Source: Octopus sinensis
Lineage: Eukaryota
Direction: 5' to 3'
NCBI RefSeq assembly: GCF_006345805.1
Contig: NC_043004.1
Location: forward strand, 62,496,001 to 62,560,000
Length of the DNA: 64,000 nucleotides
Below the pieces are notes generated by a model. The model saw nothing but the letters and a program-made list of their open reading frames with translations, did not search any database and was not told where the DNA came from. This document shows, piece after piece, positions 24,555 to 39,120 of the stretch. Numbering within the stretch: the first letter of the stretch is position 1; each line of letters starts with the position of its first letter. Both the position numbers and the translations under genes were made by a program.

Positions 24555-27500
24555 CATAATCTAATATATCTACATGGTTTTAATAAAAATGTGTTGTTTC
24601 AGGTAAAGTTGGCTGCTCTTTCTAGTACATCTAAATTTTCACATCAGCTTCTCACAGTAGCACTTATACACCATATATCATTCCTTCTTATCACCTCCCA
24701 ATGAAGCGTGATGATCTATCCGCTATACATTTCAGTTTTGATAATCACTAGATATATCAGTGTTGACATTTTAATTTTAATGAGATATTTTACTTTCAAA
24801 TCATAATAAATGATTTATGTTGTCATTCATAGTGACATGTTATGGAATTATTCTTCACGAAATTCATTTTCTTCCAATAAGTATGAGCTGTAAAATACTT
24901 ACTCTTATCTCGTATTTCTCATTCTTATTATATGTTCATACTTTCAAAATACTTGATGTGATTGAAACGGATGTCTACTTATCGGTGAACTTATTATCAT
25001 ATAAATTACTAAATGCATCAATTAATGCTAGATTGACAGATACGATGCTTATTGTGACAAAATATTTCACAATGTATTTTCACAGACATTTCTATTCAAA
25101 TTCCAGTTCCCATTAGTTTGAACGTTGTTTTTCTAATTTGCACATTTCAGTTTTGGGAAATATATTTGATTCGATGTCTACCATGTTTCTGTTTTGCCAC
25201 CAACTTTTAAAGTTATGTTAAGCATGAACATTAGTTTGCCAGTTGTACACGATTATATTAAATATGTATATTACAGAATTATTTAGATAGTATTTCGCAG
25301 ATGCGTTTTCTAAAAGAAATGTGATGTTGCATACTTTTCTCGCAGTGGAAAACAACTATCTCTCAAATTACATCGATAGCGAATAGATAATCAGAGAAAT
25401 AATGAATAATATGGAAAAAGATCACAGACTAATGAAAGGAGTCGAAAGTTCATAAAGTGTTACGTTCTAAGATGGGAGACAAAAGACATGATGGGAGACA
25501 AAAGTGAGATATACCAAGGTGACAGACATACACTATTGTTTAAAAGAGAGCGTAAATTGCTAAGATATCCGGTTATAGTGTCAAACTGAGCATTAAGTTA
25601 ATAGAATATGCTCCATCTGACGGATTTGGTACAGTTTTAATTGTAAAGCTTTATAGAATGGATTCTACAAAACCCCTTTTTACCAAGGAACTAGGAACCG
25701 ATTCAAATTTGGAATAGTTTATTTTATTTATAAAACGATAGAGTATATGGGCCATAAAGCTCTATTGGTTTGATCGTTCAAGAAAGATCTAAGGCTACAC
25801 GATTACAAGAATTAATATAACCACATATTCACAGATAAATTGAAAAGACACACAGTGTTTATTACTTTCACAAATGTTTGACACCATAGTTATAATGATA
25901 GTTTTAACTCGATTGGTTGTCAAATTACAAAGCAGGAATTTACAGTCAATATTTTTATCTGTTAATCGACTGTTTTCGGAAAATGAAAAGATTACTTGTC
26001 AATACTCTAGAATTTGTGCTTGGTGAGACTTTCTTCTCACTAAATGGTGAATTATCATAGTTCCGATCCTGGAAGTATTATTAGAAATTGCCCGTTTCCA
26101 TACAAGGACTAAATTAGAAACGATGAAGGTTTTACTATAGTGTTTTGGTATCTAAAATAAAACGGAATAATGATTTCCCCTTCCGGCAGAAGGCAACAAT
26201 TTTGAATAAATTACATAGTCAATGATTTAAACATTAATATGTTGTATTATATTATCCAATTTTGAAACTGGAAACACTATGTTGAATTCGGTTTGATCGC
26301 ACAGCGTAGCGGTTGTAAATAAATAGCACAATTTGTTTATAAATTGTATTTCAATTCATCGTAGTATTTCAATTCATCGTAACTGAATAGCTGACAAGTA
26401 ATGTCGATCTCCGTAAAAGTTAAACTTACAACGTTTAAAACCGTAATTACGTGCCACACCGTGTATATTACAAGCGATAAAAAATTCTGTCGTAACATTT
26501 ACATCTGACAGAGTGTAATAGTAATAGTTGAATATAATGTCAGAAAAATCATTACAAGCACCAATGGTTTTTATAGCTTGATATAAACTATAATAATCAC
26601 AAACTGACTGGTCAAATTATAAAGATGAGATAGTAAAAGTGAGAAACTTCGATAAAGAAAGGAAAATAATATCAATACCACAAATTTCATATAGACTACA
26701 GAACAGTGTATTTCGCTTTGAGTTTCTGCCCCATGCTAATCAAGTTATTATAATGATGTGCTGCTGTACTTTATTATTATATTAACATATTATTACTAGG
26801 TCTGCTATTTTAAGATTAAAAGTTTAATACAGACCAAAGATATGTTGCTCACAACAAAGGTGCCAACCTAAGCATTCCGTCCTCTCAGTATTATTATAGG
26901 TGAACATATTTATTTATACGATGATCACGCACATAGCGAATAAAATATCGTATAGTTTGAAGAGAAGTGACGACGAGGGTAGAGCAACCTCTCAGAATAT
27001 GATGGAAGATTTATAAAAACCTGATTTATAAATCAGTTGTTTATAAACAGCTGATAGATAGTGACTTAGAGAATGCTGAGTTCCTTCGTAGCTGGGCTTA
27101 TAGTTGGTGGAAATTTGCTTCGAGTAAATTTTGTTTCAAACTCAATAACCGTCCAAAAGTGACTAGAACGGAAGTTCTCAGAGAAGTTCGTGCATCAGTC
27201 TTCCAACGGGTACATAATAGCCACTGTGTCCTTTTCTTATATTTACCAAATAATAATTTTGATCAAAGAGTTATTTCATTGATAATTGTTGTAGGCTGAT
27301 CGCGTACGTTGATACTTTCTTGTATTTTAATGAGGAAGAGATTGTTGTTAGCTATATCACTTTTTCTCTATTACTTTATGACACTATTGTTTCTTCTTCG
27401 TATTTATGTGTCACCGAATTCTGTACACTTACGCGTCATCTGTCTCCGTAAAGGAATTCCACTCTTTAATGAATCATTTGTAGAAGAGTACATGCTACTT

Positions 27501-28214
27501 AAAACTTAAAACTGGCAGTCATAATGCACACAGCATACCTACTCGTATACATTATTTGTAAACTGTATACTTAATCTATTTCTTTTTTATGAATTCTGAT
27601 ACACGTTCATTTGACCATGTGGAAGCTGGCGCCTCTAATTAATTAGATAAGGCTGAAACGCCGTGCATTTGGTTCTATTTTCCCTTTGATGGACAAACCA
27701 GGTTTAAATGCCCTTCATTCCCACTCGTATAACTTTTGGGGATGTAGGCTGTTTAAATACACTTCAGATACTAGAATTTTTACAATTATAGCATTTCCCT
27801 TTGATAAGTATCCGCTGTTGAAGGAAGGTTCACAAAATGAAGTATTGCTATGTCAGCAAGTGCAGCAATGTTATTAACACGAAAAAACCAATAACCAAAG
27901 AAACCCATGTATATTTATAACAAAATGGATAATTTGTCTCTGAACACCGAACACTTTGAACAACAGTTCAGTTATGTGAAAATAATTCGCAAACAACATC
28001 AAATAATATTTACACCTTTTCGAAAATATCACTGCAAAATATATAAAGGTAAACATAACACACTCATAGAACACTACCAAATTATTTTCGCTGTCAGAAC
28101 AATTTTCAATTATTCAGTATAAGGCTTCAACATTTTGTAATATTACTTCGTTAACTGATACTGACGTATTGTGATTAATTCTCCTTCTCTTCCTCAATGT
28201 TCCATACGTATTGT

Positions 28215-28520
28215 ATGCTACTACGCAGCCAGTAGTAATATAGCAACTAGCCATTTCCATTATAATCAATCCATCCATGCCATTGCAAGTCAGAATTTTG
28301 TTAAGAGACTTATTTAATTTTTAAAATTAATTTTCGTCTTTTGTGCTGACTAGATTACCTGAGTATAAAATTTCCTCTGCTTCAGCAAAATATGCTCGTT
28401 TAAAATAAGTCCACAATTGTTCTAAATGGCAATAGGATTGCTGATGGGTCAGTCATTTCGAGGTAAACAGTTCAGCGAATGAAAGAATATTATCGACCCA
28501 TGAAACCGCTATAAACACAC
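28215..28520. repeat. Local direct duplication, copy 1 (paralog at 31343-31665)
   Basis: The ~165-bp core aligns without indels at roughly 88% identity by hand count. The flanks are more diverged. Confidence 0.9.
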
Positions 28521-29994
28521 ACATACTCACACACAATCACTCTTACACACACATACACACACACTCACACACACGCACAGACACGGCAATACGCACCCAT
28601 GCACACACACACAATCAATAATACACGCATACCCACACACTCACACACGCAAATAGGCACCCATGCACTCACGCATTCACCCACACGCACGCACACATAA
28701 TGTATTGCTTCACCAAAGTTAGCGTTATTTGCGTTCATTTTATTTGCTTCTCATATAAACGTGGTCTCTGTGTAAAAGTTTCTGCAGCATGGGTGATAAA
28801 AAATGTAATGAAATGAAATATATTCAGACAAGACAGAACGAACCAGTACTGTTTTACAATAATGTAAAATAGTTGAGATTTGTCCATTTGCGTGTACTGA
28901 GATTCTTAATTATTGATTAGACAGAAATCAATCCTAGTCGATCAGTCCTATGAAGGAAATCATTCCACACGTGACCATTATCACTTTTCTTATATCTACA
29001 TACGCATCGTCGAATGTATTCTAACATTAAAAATACATTAAGGGCTGCTTTGACTTCTAATTCTCCAAACCAAGATCACGTTAAAACAAACCCATTATAG
29101 TGATGTATAGTGTTTCAGGAAGTAAAGAGGTGAAGATTCACTTTAACTGCATACTTATACGTTTGTGTGTATGTATGTATTCGTGCATCGCATTTATGTT
29201 AGTAAGTATGCATGAATGTAATGCTAATGTTGTTATTTCTTTGGTGAATTTCTCGTGAACTGTACATTCACATAGGAATAGATTTGACAGGTACGTAGCA
29301 TAAGTTTTGAGGCACATTTTATGAATTAATGATGTGCATATATTGAAATGTTCTGTTTCGGGGAATAAACTGCAAATAATTTATAATAACTGTAAATAAC
29401 TTATAAATGCAAATTTAATGCACAAATTCGTGACTTATGCAATGAATATGAATTAAAACAATTTTAGGAAGAAATGCTTATCAATTTATTAACAAAAAAA
29501 AATATTAACCACTATAGCTCCATTTTCTTTTCTCAATTTATACTTAATATATACATACTGATTTAAGGAAATTTTATTTCCCAAAGATATAAGGTATAGA
29601 ACCAGTAGTTTCTTCCATGTAATCATCACTTTAGGTGGTTAATATATCCTCTATTCTACTATATATATATATATATATTTCCGTGAGATTTAGGAGTTGG
29701 AAACCAACCAACTAAGGAACGGTACCTATCAAATATACTGCTAGCACTATGCTCAAATATTAATACTCAAGTGCTGGTTATTGTTTGGCAATTTCGAATT
29801 CGAGTGTCATATATGGGCAGGGGTAAATAGTGGTTTAGACTTAATTTATACGGCAAGAAGAAAATGGAGTGGATATAAAAATGACATACATCGGCCGCAA
29901 GACATTCTATTATGTATATTTATTCCAAAACAAAAGGGAGAATTAAAAGAATACATAAATATGCAAAGACTGTGTGCTACACAAATATATAGTA

Positions 29995-30250
29995 GTAATA
30001 TATAACGGAGTAAAAGATTAAAAGATCAGTTCCTTACGGCCATTTCTTCCTGGAGGACACGATATCTTCCATGCTAGCTCCATCTCTTCGGTGTTCTGTG
30101 GGGATGGGTAGATAGAGTTTGGATGTTGAGTGTGCCTCTAGGCTTCATCAGAGGGTCTAAGTCATACTCTAACTGTTAGAGTGTTGGTACTATACTTTTT
30201 GTACCCTCTTTAGGAAGAGGGTATAAATAATAAAATGTCTACCGGATGAT
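29995..30250 (-). mobile_element. Probable retroposon 3' end with (tctttta)-type tail
   Basis: The minus strand ends ..ccaggaagaaatggccgtaaggaactgatcttttaatctttta. There is an internal hairpin taccctct/agagggta. The family is unassigned. Confidence 0.35.
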
Positions 30251-30333
30251 GTATGTCATTTTTGCAGCCCCTCCATTTTCTTTTTACCATATATATGTAC
30301 ACACACACATATATATACTTGTGTATGCATGCG

Positions 30334-30365
<32 letters not shown>

Positions 30366-30415
30366 ATATATTATATATATATATATCTGGATATGTATAT
30401 ATATATATATATACG

Positions 30416-30446
<31 letters not shown>

Positions 30447-30585
30447 ATGCGTGTGTATGTGTACATAAATAATTAATATATGCTTATTTAAATGCTTATA
30501 CCTATCTATCTTTCTATCTGTCAATCACTTCATGTATCTCTGCACACATACGTGCGCACACGCACCCCCCACGTATATATATATA

Positions 30586-30645
<60 letters not shown>

Positions 30646-31342
30646 CATACATATATGTATGCATACAAAAGTACACAAAACTATACGCACCCAGACCCAT
30701 GTATTCTCGCATTGACGGTGAACAATTACACTAACGTAAACAGGAAAGATGGAATAAATAGATATGAAAGGAAGGAAAATAGAAATCAAAGAGTCTTTCC
30801 GAATAATAACAGATGTTTATTGATCGTTACACGTTCCACAACAATTCGCATTCGATACTACTCAACTGTTTGAAAGAAATAGTACAACCGCCTCTCTGAA
30901 CAGTGAATAGTTAATTTCCTCCTCCTAAATCTGATTCTTGTTCAACATTTCTTTTTCTCTTCTTGTATTACTTTGTTATAAACGTATAATTCTAGGCCGT
31001 CTCAGTTAATAAACATATATATAGGGAAGTAGATGTCAATTAGAATATCTTAACGGTGTCTGGAATAATTTTACAGTTAAGTGGATGACTGAGCATTATC
31101 TAATAACATGTTGTTTTTTTTTTAATTCACTAAGCATATAAATTTTTTTTCTTCTAAATCGCCGTTTCCCAAACTAAAGATTACTCTGATCAGCATTACA
31201 CCATGTGTGACAATCCTGCTTTTTAAAGAATATATAGGTTAACATTATACGATGTACTCTTCGTTTTTGACAAAATGAATAGTGACGTGAAGAATACATG
31301 TGAGATGCGTCTAACAGGTTGAACCGGTGCGCAGATGTGTTC

Positions 31343-31665
31343 AATGCTACTACGCAGCCAGTTGTAATATAGATACTATAGTTGTAATACAGCATCTAGA
31401 CATTTCCATTATAATCAATGCATGCATGCATTGCAGGTCAAAATTTTCTTAAGAGAGTTATTTCATTAAATTTTTGGTTTCCTTTGCACTGACTAAATTA
31501 CGTGAGTATAAAATTGCCACTGCTTCGGCAAGATATGATCGTTTAAAATAAGTTGACAACTGTTCTAAATGACAATAGGATTGCTGAATGGTCAGTCATT
31601 TCAAGGCAAACAGTTTAACGAATGAAAGAATAATATCAACCCATGAAACCGCTACAAACACAAAT
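31343..31665. repeat. Local direct duplication, copy 2
   Basis: See 28215-28520. Confidence 0.9.
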
Positions 31666-32093
31666 ACACACAATCACACACACACACGAGCGCGCGCGCC
31701 AATACACACCCATGCCAGCACAGCGTGTTTTCACAATCAAGATACCTGTTTGTTTTCAAGACTATTTTGCTTTCCATAAGTATAGAAATATTACTACAGA
31801 ATACTACCAATATGTTTCGGCATTCCAGTTGAACATCATGGCAAATCATGCTACATAAAATAGAATCGTCCCTTCAAAATGACCTATATTAAAAATGGCA
31901 GAGATATTCGTGCAATTCTTAAAAAAAACATCTATGCCACAAGTTGCTGAAGACATCCACACTTCATTTTTATTTCTTGTATTAAGTACCCATAGTATGT
32001 TTTTTAAAGGTATAAAAGTGCTACATAAAATATTTTCTGAGGCTAGATGAAAGCATTCAAAGTACTGCGTGCTTCCTTACGCACGACATTCCG

Positions 32094-33662
32094 TACAAGG
32101 TTGTATAAAAATGTTCATAGACTAGTTCCGTACTATGGCAACAGTTGGCAGCAATTAGTTTCGTGCGCAATGTGACCTAGTAGCGCCCAGCATGAGGCTG
32201 TGTTCCGAGTGATATCACTGTGCTTACTTCACAAATTGGGAAATTTGTGTTTTTGTGATCAAGTGTAGGCTGTAGTCTGCGATTTTGTTATGGACAAGAA
32301 GTTGGAACAAAAAGCCAACCTAAAATTTTGCGTTGAACTAGGGAAGTCTGCTATAGGGACGCTGCATATTGTACAGCAAGCTTACGGCGACAGGGAAGTG
32401 AGTCCTACGTAATATGTCGATGGGCACGGGCGCTTCAAAGGCGGAAGAATCGCCCTGGAAAACGATTAATGACGTTGAAGACCAGCTACGAGCGTCACTA
32501 CCAGAAATGTGGAGAACATTCTTCAGCATGTGCATGACGATCGTCGGAGGGCAATCAACGATATTTCTTGTGTTCTTGGTCTGTACTTTGAATTCGTGCA
32601 GGCAATCCTAACGTCAGAATTGAGCAGGCATTGTGCCCCTGCCATGATTGTCTAAGCGTGCTGACCACTAAGCAGAAAGAAAGTCATGATGAAGTCTGTC
32701 AAGATGTCTGATAGCGTTGCACTCATGACGCATACGTCATGCCAAGAATAATCAAATTTGGAGTGCGTTGGGTCTCAGGTACGGGCCAAAAACAGTAGCA
32801 TTTGTCACAATAGATTATTCCTTCATACCCACAACTGAAGAAAACCACGATAGAGCTGCAACTCATTCAAGAGCATGCTCATCGTTATTTTCGACACTCA
32901 CGGTATTATGCATCGATATTTCGTCACCCAAGGCCTGACCATCACACCAGGTCTCCACTGCGACGATTTGAGGCGTTTGAGAAAGGACATTTGGCGAAAT
33001 TTAATCGGATCTGTGGGGCACGAAGAATTGGATTGTTTACAATGATAATGCGTCCTGACATCCCGCACTCCTCATCGTGATTTTTTCGCCAAAAAACATC
33101 GTTTTGCTTCTGTACTCACACTCCTCAGCAGATTTATCACATGCGGATTTCCATCTCTTCCTCAAGATAACAACGAGGTAAAGGCCATCGTTTTAATATC
33201 GTTGTCGATACCCTGGGTAAATTGCAGGGGGCCTTCGACTCGCTTATGGAAAACGCCTTTGGTAAATAAGCTTTTCTTTTTATTAAACACTAGCAGTATC
33301 GCCCAGCGTTGCTCTGATTTGTAAGGGAAATAACTATATAAGCATTTTTAGAGAGTTATAGCCAAAAAATAGCAAAAAAATGGGAAAAAAATGATGGTAA
33401 TTTTTTTTTAATCGTTGACTCATCGTAGACATTTTTAGAGAGCTACGTCCCTTATATAATAGCGTAAAAAATGCACTAAAATGGAAACAAATTATGGTAA
33501 TTTTTTTTTAAATCGAAGACTCATCGTAGACGCGCGCTAATACCCAGATGGCACCGCAAAATGTAGGAGTAGTTAGGAATCTAAATCGTAGGTGACAGAC
33601 ACACAACTTCGCTTTTATATATAAAGATAACTAGTGCGGGAAACTTTTGATACCACTTTGCA
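32094..33662 (+). mobile_element. Old, heavily decayed mariner (irritans-like) interrupted by a Helitron-type insert
   Basis: ATG at 32290: MDKKLEQKANLKFCVELGKSA..AYGD..; SMLIVIFDTHGI; YNDNAS; SADLSHADFHLF. The degenerate TIRs are tacaaggttgtataaaaatgttcatagactagtt and (reverse complement) tgcaaagtggtatcaaaagtttcccgcactagtt. Confidence 0.85.
33289..33628 (+). mobile_element. Non-autonomous Helitron/Helentron-type element
   Basis: 5' actagcagtatcgccc..; 3' cacac..cttttatatataaagat. An internal ~45-bp duplication (tgatggtaatttttttt..gactcatcgtagac) occurs twice. Confidence 0.65.
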
Positions 33663-33904
33663 TTGCACTTTGCTGCACTCACGGTTTGAGTTGAAGAATA
33701 GCTTGGGCTTAGGTGATGCGTGCATGATTTTGGTAGTGTAGTAGGCGAAAACATCAGCTGCAGCAACGGCGTGCGAGAGGTTTATAATTCACATTACTAA
33801 TTTTACATAATCTGTTATAATACTTGTTATGGCTTTTTGCTCCTTTATTATCTTGGACTGAAATTCCACTCTCGCTCTGATGTGTCGTAAGATAACTATT
33901 ACAG

Positions 33905-34101
33905 GAAAAAAGCAGCACCACAACCACCAACAACAACACTCCACCGACACCACCAATACCACTATCTTCGCCATCACCACCATCGAGAACACCACCGCCA
34001 CCACTACTACCCCCACCACCACCACCACAACCACCACCACCACCACCACCACTACCATCACCACTACTACTGCTACTACTACTACTACTACTACTACTAC
34101 T
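33905..34101. repeat. (CAC)n/(CTA)n compound trinucleotide repeat
   Basis: Directly visible. Confidence 0.9.
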
Positions 34102-34711
34102 AAATTTCTTGTCATTTGCTTCTATAAATGTAGGTTCAGTCAATCAGGAATTGTAAGGCATTCGTTACACAATGGTAAATGATGGAATGTCATTTTTTTG
34201 ACAATTTTTTAGCTGGCCTCGTAACCTTACTTTGTTAAATATTCACTCATGTCTCAGCATTGAATTTCTTTTGTATCTTTCCTCGAGTTATATACGTAGA
34301 ATACACGATAAATTGGCAGACATGTTAGAATATACAACAATAGATTTCGTGGCGTAGTTGGGCTTCTAGTGCAAGCTCTGGTCTTAAACCTGAGTTCAAA
34401 TGTACCTTTCATTCCTTTGAATCATTAATATAAAATACCGTTATTATTAAATTGTCGCAGGAGATATCTATTCCAGCAGTTTCTTGTTTTTTTTTCAGTT
34501 GGAGAATTATCGTGAATTAATTGGGTTGCGGAGTAGTCATTTACTGCGGCACTGGTATAGTACTGGTGTTTTATTTTATCATTTCTGAAAAGATGAAATA
34601 CAAAGATGGCCCAGTTTCTACAGAAATTTGTACTAGAAAAAATATCGCTAAGCATTTTGTCATGCTTGTTAAATTTCTGTCACCCTTCTACGAGAAATAA
34701 TAATCTTTTCT

Positions 34712-34885
34712 AAAGGGGCCAGTCGATTAGATCGACCCCAGTACGCAACTGGTACTTAATTTATCGACCCCGAAAGGATGGAAAGCAAAGTCAAACTCAG
34801 CGCAATTTGAACTCAGAACGTAAAGACTGACGAAATACCGCTTAACATTTCGTCCGGCGTAGTAACATTTCTTTTAGCTCGCTGG
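34712..34885 (-). mobile_element. Family C SINE, partial
   Basis: Homologous to 9417-9648 and 61696-61932. Confidence 0.85.
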
Positions 34886-37005
34886 ATTTTGTATGCAATA
34901 TAATAATGATTTAAAACTAGTAAATTAGGATCAGGTTGTGTGATAAAAACAGCCTACCACAAGGTATCACGACTTGTTACAAATAATTGTGAACTGTCAT
35001 GAAATGTAACTTGTTATGAAAAAAAGCATTAGAGAGTTGTGATGCATTACACAGGTGCTAGTTTTTACCAAATTGAAGAAGTTCACAGATGAAAAACATT
35101 TTATATTAGATCTTGTGTAGCATAACTAAGGACGAGACACCTACAGTGCAGTGTAGAAGGAGTTATAGGACAAATAAGTGTGAGGTACAGTACATCTGAA
35201 ATAAATATGAGCTATGATGTACAGGGTTTGAATGTATTAGATTATATATTTTCGGCTAATTTGAGACAAAAGAAAGATATCAATGGAAACTTCAGGGGTC
35301 AATATAATCATGGATATTCTATACTATAATGTACTACTAAATTTTGTATCTACAGATTTTATCCTACACCATTGAAAATACAATTCATGTTGTCTTATTC
35401 TATGGCTTGCAGATTGAGAAGACCTGACCAACCACTTACATTGTGGAGATAGGAATTAGTATCTTCAGGCTGAATATATTTATTAAGGTGCATGTAGGTT
35501 ATTTCTTTACATAATCTACAAATGTTCAATGAGTTCGATTACATGTCTTGATCAAATGACATGTAATCTCTTGTTGTTTCAGTCTACATAACAAAAATTG
35601 TCTACCAGCTGTCACATCTTGGTGACATGTCCACGTTTTCCTGCCACTAAATAGCATCTATAAAGGATAGAGAAATTATGATATACCCAAGCGGATCACA
35701 ATGGCTTGTAACTGTGGAATATTTTATTTTTACTTATACGTTTATCTAGACGTGCCTATCACATAGCATGTTAGCTAGATTTACAGTTCTGTGCAATAAC
35801 TTAGAAACGAAGCACTGGTGGTACACTGTGCTTGGTGATGGGGAAGAAGGAGTAGAGAGAATGGTCACAGTTAAAATGCAATATATCAGGTCTGATCAAT
35901 TAGAGATGACCTGGATACAATAACGATACATATATCAACTAATAAATTATTCTGATCTAATAAAGTTTTAATAGATTTATTGTAGATTACTGCTGAATAC
36001 ATTTAAGTTGCAGACATTTTTCAATAGGTCTCTTTATAATTTATATCTCATATAATTGCATATATTGTGCAATAACTCTTTTGTATGAAAATCAAAGCGG
36101 TTAATCCAATCAATATCAAATACAATTAATGGAGATAAGTGAATGATATTATATAAATAGTCAAACTCTGGCAGTGATTTACTTCCTAATATTTAATTAA
36201 ATGAGGACACAATATGTATTTATTGATTGTAAATAGAATGAGTTTGAGAAAGGTGTTACATATGAGGCTGACACCAATGAGTATTTCAACGTATCATTGT
36301 TTAAACAAATCCTATCCATTTGGATATTTAACTGTAAGTGTAAATACAGATGCATACACAACATTGCACAAAATCATACGCACACGCGCGTGCACACAGA
36401 CGCACACACACAAACACACAAATGATGAATGAACGTATTAACAGGCGTAGCACAACAGAAGTAGACAACAAGCGGAAAATACGGTATTTTCTGGTTGGTC
36501 TCCTGTGTGTTTAGTATATGTCAGTTTGTTTATCTACTGCAAATATTTTTGAATGGTTCTTTCCTTGTTTTTACCCCTCTGCGAAGTAATTTCCTTTAAT
36601 TTCTTCGCAGGAAGGGCTAGTTCGACGAGTCGTGTTCTGTCCTCACCATCGAAACACGCTGGAGTTGAACTAGGGACAGCTGATGAAGGGGACTTTTCCT
36701 TGTGTAGTTTGTCTAGTACTCTGTTTTTTCGTTGTTAAAAGAATGGTCCGTTCCATGCTTTTTACGTCTTCGTTCACGTTGAGTTCTGCGTCTATTTGTT
36801 GTGTCCTGTACTCACGTATATATATATATTTATATATGCATGTATATATACATGTAAATGTAGGTACGTACATATATGTATGTATGTATGCATATATTTT
36901 ATTTATTACACTATTGTATGACTGAGTGCCTTCGCGTCGATTCGATTCGATTCGTTCCGTTCCGTTTCGTTTCTTCTTCTTCTCCCAGTACAGTTATATA
37001 TATAT

Positions 37006-37108
<103 letters not shown>

Positions 37109-37222
37109 TATATTATCCGTCTGTTGTCTTTTTATTTAATCCTGAAAATATTACTTATGTAACGCACGCACTTATTAATTGTGCCACTCTATCTCTTTTC
37201 TTTACTTTGCTTCTTATAATTT

Positions 37223-37256
<34 letters not shown>

Positions 37257-37770
37257 GCTGTTTCTCCGTTACCCTCCTCCAACTATCACATAACCCGTGA
37301 CGAGAGGCGGTGCCATTCTTTTTCGCATTGCCTTCGACCGCACTGGACACGATTTTCTGGGCTCCTCGCTCTACCCCTCACGTGTCAATAGTTCTTTAGT
37401 GCAGTTTTCATTTCTCCTTCACGTTACCCGCTTTCGTCTTGTCTTGCAGCTCCATGACTTTTTGTTGTATATGTATTATCATTAATAATTGTTGTCTTCT
37501 TGTGATCCTAAGCCTTTATTCTGTTGATTGTTTTGTCCCACTTCCGTCTTCTAACGGCAAGTTTCTCGGCGGTGACTCCAAAATGGAAGCAATATTATTG
37601 ATAATAGTTAAAATTTCGTTTGACCCTCTGGCCGATATCTGATGAAGAATCCATAGCCTTTTGTGTGCTCTTTTTGCGTGTGTTTTTAGCGTATGATCGT
37701 TTGCTTATTTACTGCACACGTTTTTATTATATATAGAGGTATGTCATATTTTCCGTTTGCTGTCTTCATG

Positions 37771-37806
<36 letters not shown>

Positions 37807-37809
37807 TGT

Positions 37810-37882
<73 letters not shown>

Positions 37883-37887
37883 CGTAT

Positions 37888-38293
37888 TACTCTTTTACTC
37901 GTTTAACTGTTTCAGTCATTTGACTGCAGCCATGCTGGAGCACCGCCTTTAATCGAGCAACTCGACCCGGGACTTATTCTTTGTAAGCCCAGTACTTATT
38001 CTATCGGTCTCTTTAGCCGAACCGCTAAGTGACGGGGACATAAACACACCAGCATCGGTTGTCAAGCAATGCTAGGGGGACAAACACAGACACACAAACA
38101 CACACGCACATATTTATATATATATATATATACGACGGGCTTCTTTCAGTTTCCGTCTACCAAATCCACTCACAAGGCTTTGGTCGGCCCGAGGCTTTAG
38201 TAGAAGACACTTGCCCAAGGTGCCACGCAGTGGGACTGAACCCGGAACCATGTGGTTGGTAAGCAAGCTACTTACCACACATCCACTTCCGCG
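37888..38293 (-). mobile_element. tRNA-derived SINE family A (CORE-like box, internal TA/CA microsatellite)
   Basis: The head ..gtggtaagtagc..ccgggttcagtccc is followed by ggcaccttgggcaagtgtct (resembles the CORE-SINE box). The tail is catggc..gtcaaatgactgaaac..aaaagagta. Confidence 0.92.
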
Positions 38294-39120
38294 TATATGT
38301 ACACTCAGGTATAAATGAATACTGGAACATAATATTTGTGTGTTAGGGTTGCCTGTCTGCACATTTTTTCCAGTATACTCCATGAATTCACTAATTCCAA
38401 TATTAAGGCATATCATGAGCTTCACTATCTGCAACATTATCTTCTTCATATACACGAGCAGCAGTAGCAGCTGCAACAATAACAGCACATCTGCATTAAT
38501 ATTACCTGTATCATAAGCTTCAGGAACATTTCAAAAAACTTATAAATAACAATTCAGATAAAATTCAACATTTGCTCTCCTATTTCTACTGTAAAATAAA
38601 AGTTCGGAAAAGTGAAACGAAGTTTATCTCTTTCTGCGGGCATTCACTCTGTCGAACCGATACCTGATGTGCATGATGTTAAAATTTGTTTGATGTAGTT
38701 CTTTTAAGTCCTTATTTAAAACCCTGACAATATCCTCCCTCCGTTTCTTCCATTCTTTGAAATTATGAGATCTGCTTTTTAAATATATATTACAACTGTC
38801 TCTACTAGATTCACTAAAACCTGCTGAGCCAATTTTAACGCCAAAAATTCACTCGGCGTCATTCATTCCTCCGGTTAAAGAAAACCACGTGCAACTCACA
38901 TAGAGTCGATTAACCTTTCCTCTCAATATTGAAGGCCTTCTTCCAACATTAGGCAAAATATAGGCAAAATCTTTAGCAAAATGCGCAAAATGCTTAGCAC
39001 ATTTCGCCTAATATTTACGTTCCGTATTCAAGTGCTGTTGAGGATTTAAACTACATTTCATGCTTTCACTGACGATGCTATAAGTTGAGAACTAGAAATG
39101 ATGTAATGTACTAGCCCTCT

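Noticed and set aside
27300-27700. Possible PLE 3' end with decayed HHR (gcct..aggctgaaacg)
   Set aside because: The CUGAnGA core is absent and the protein similarity is marginal.
33754-34182. Poly-T/V/G/S ORFs (mucin-like look)
   Set aside because: Trinucleotide repeat open in several frames, with no splice or codon support.
38380-38520. Cys-rich (CCYCCSCYCCSC) or AAATAAR readings on the minus strand
   Set aside because: Degenerate CAG/CAA/CAT trinucleotide tract with stops in all frames.
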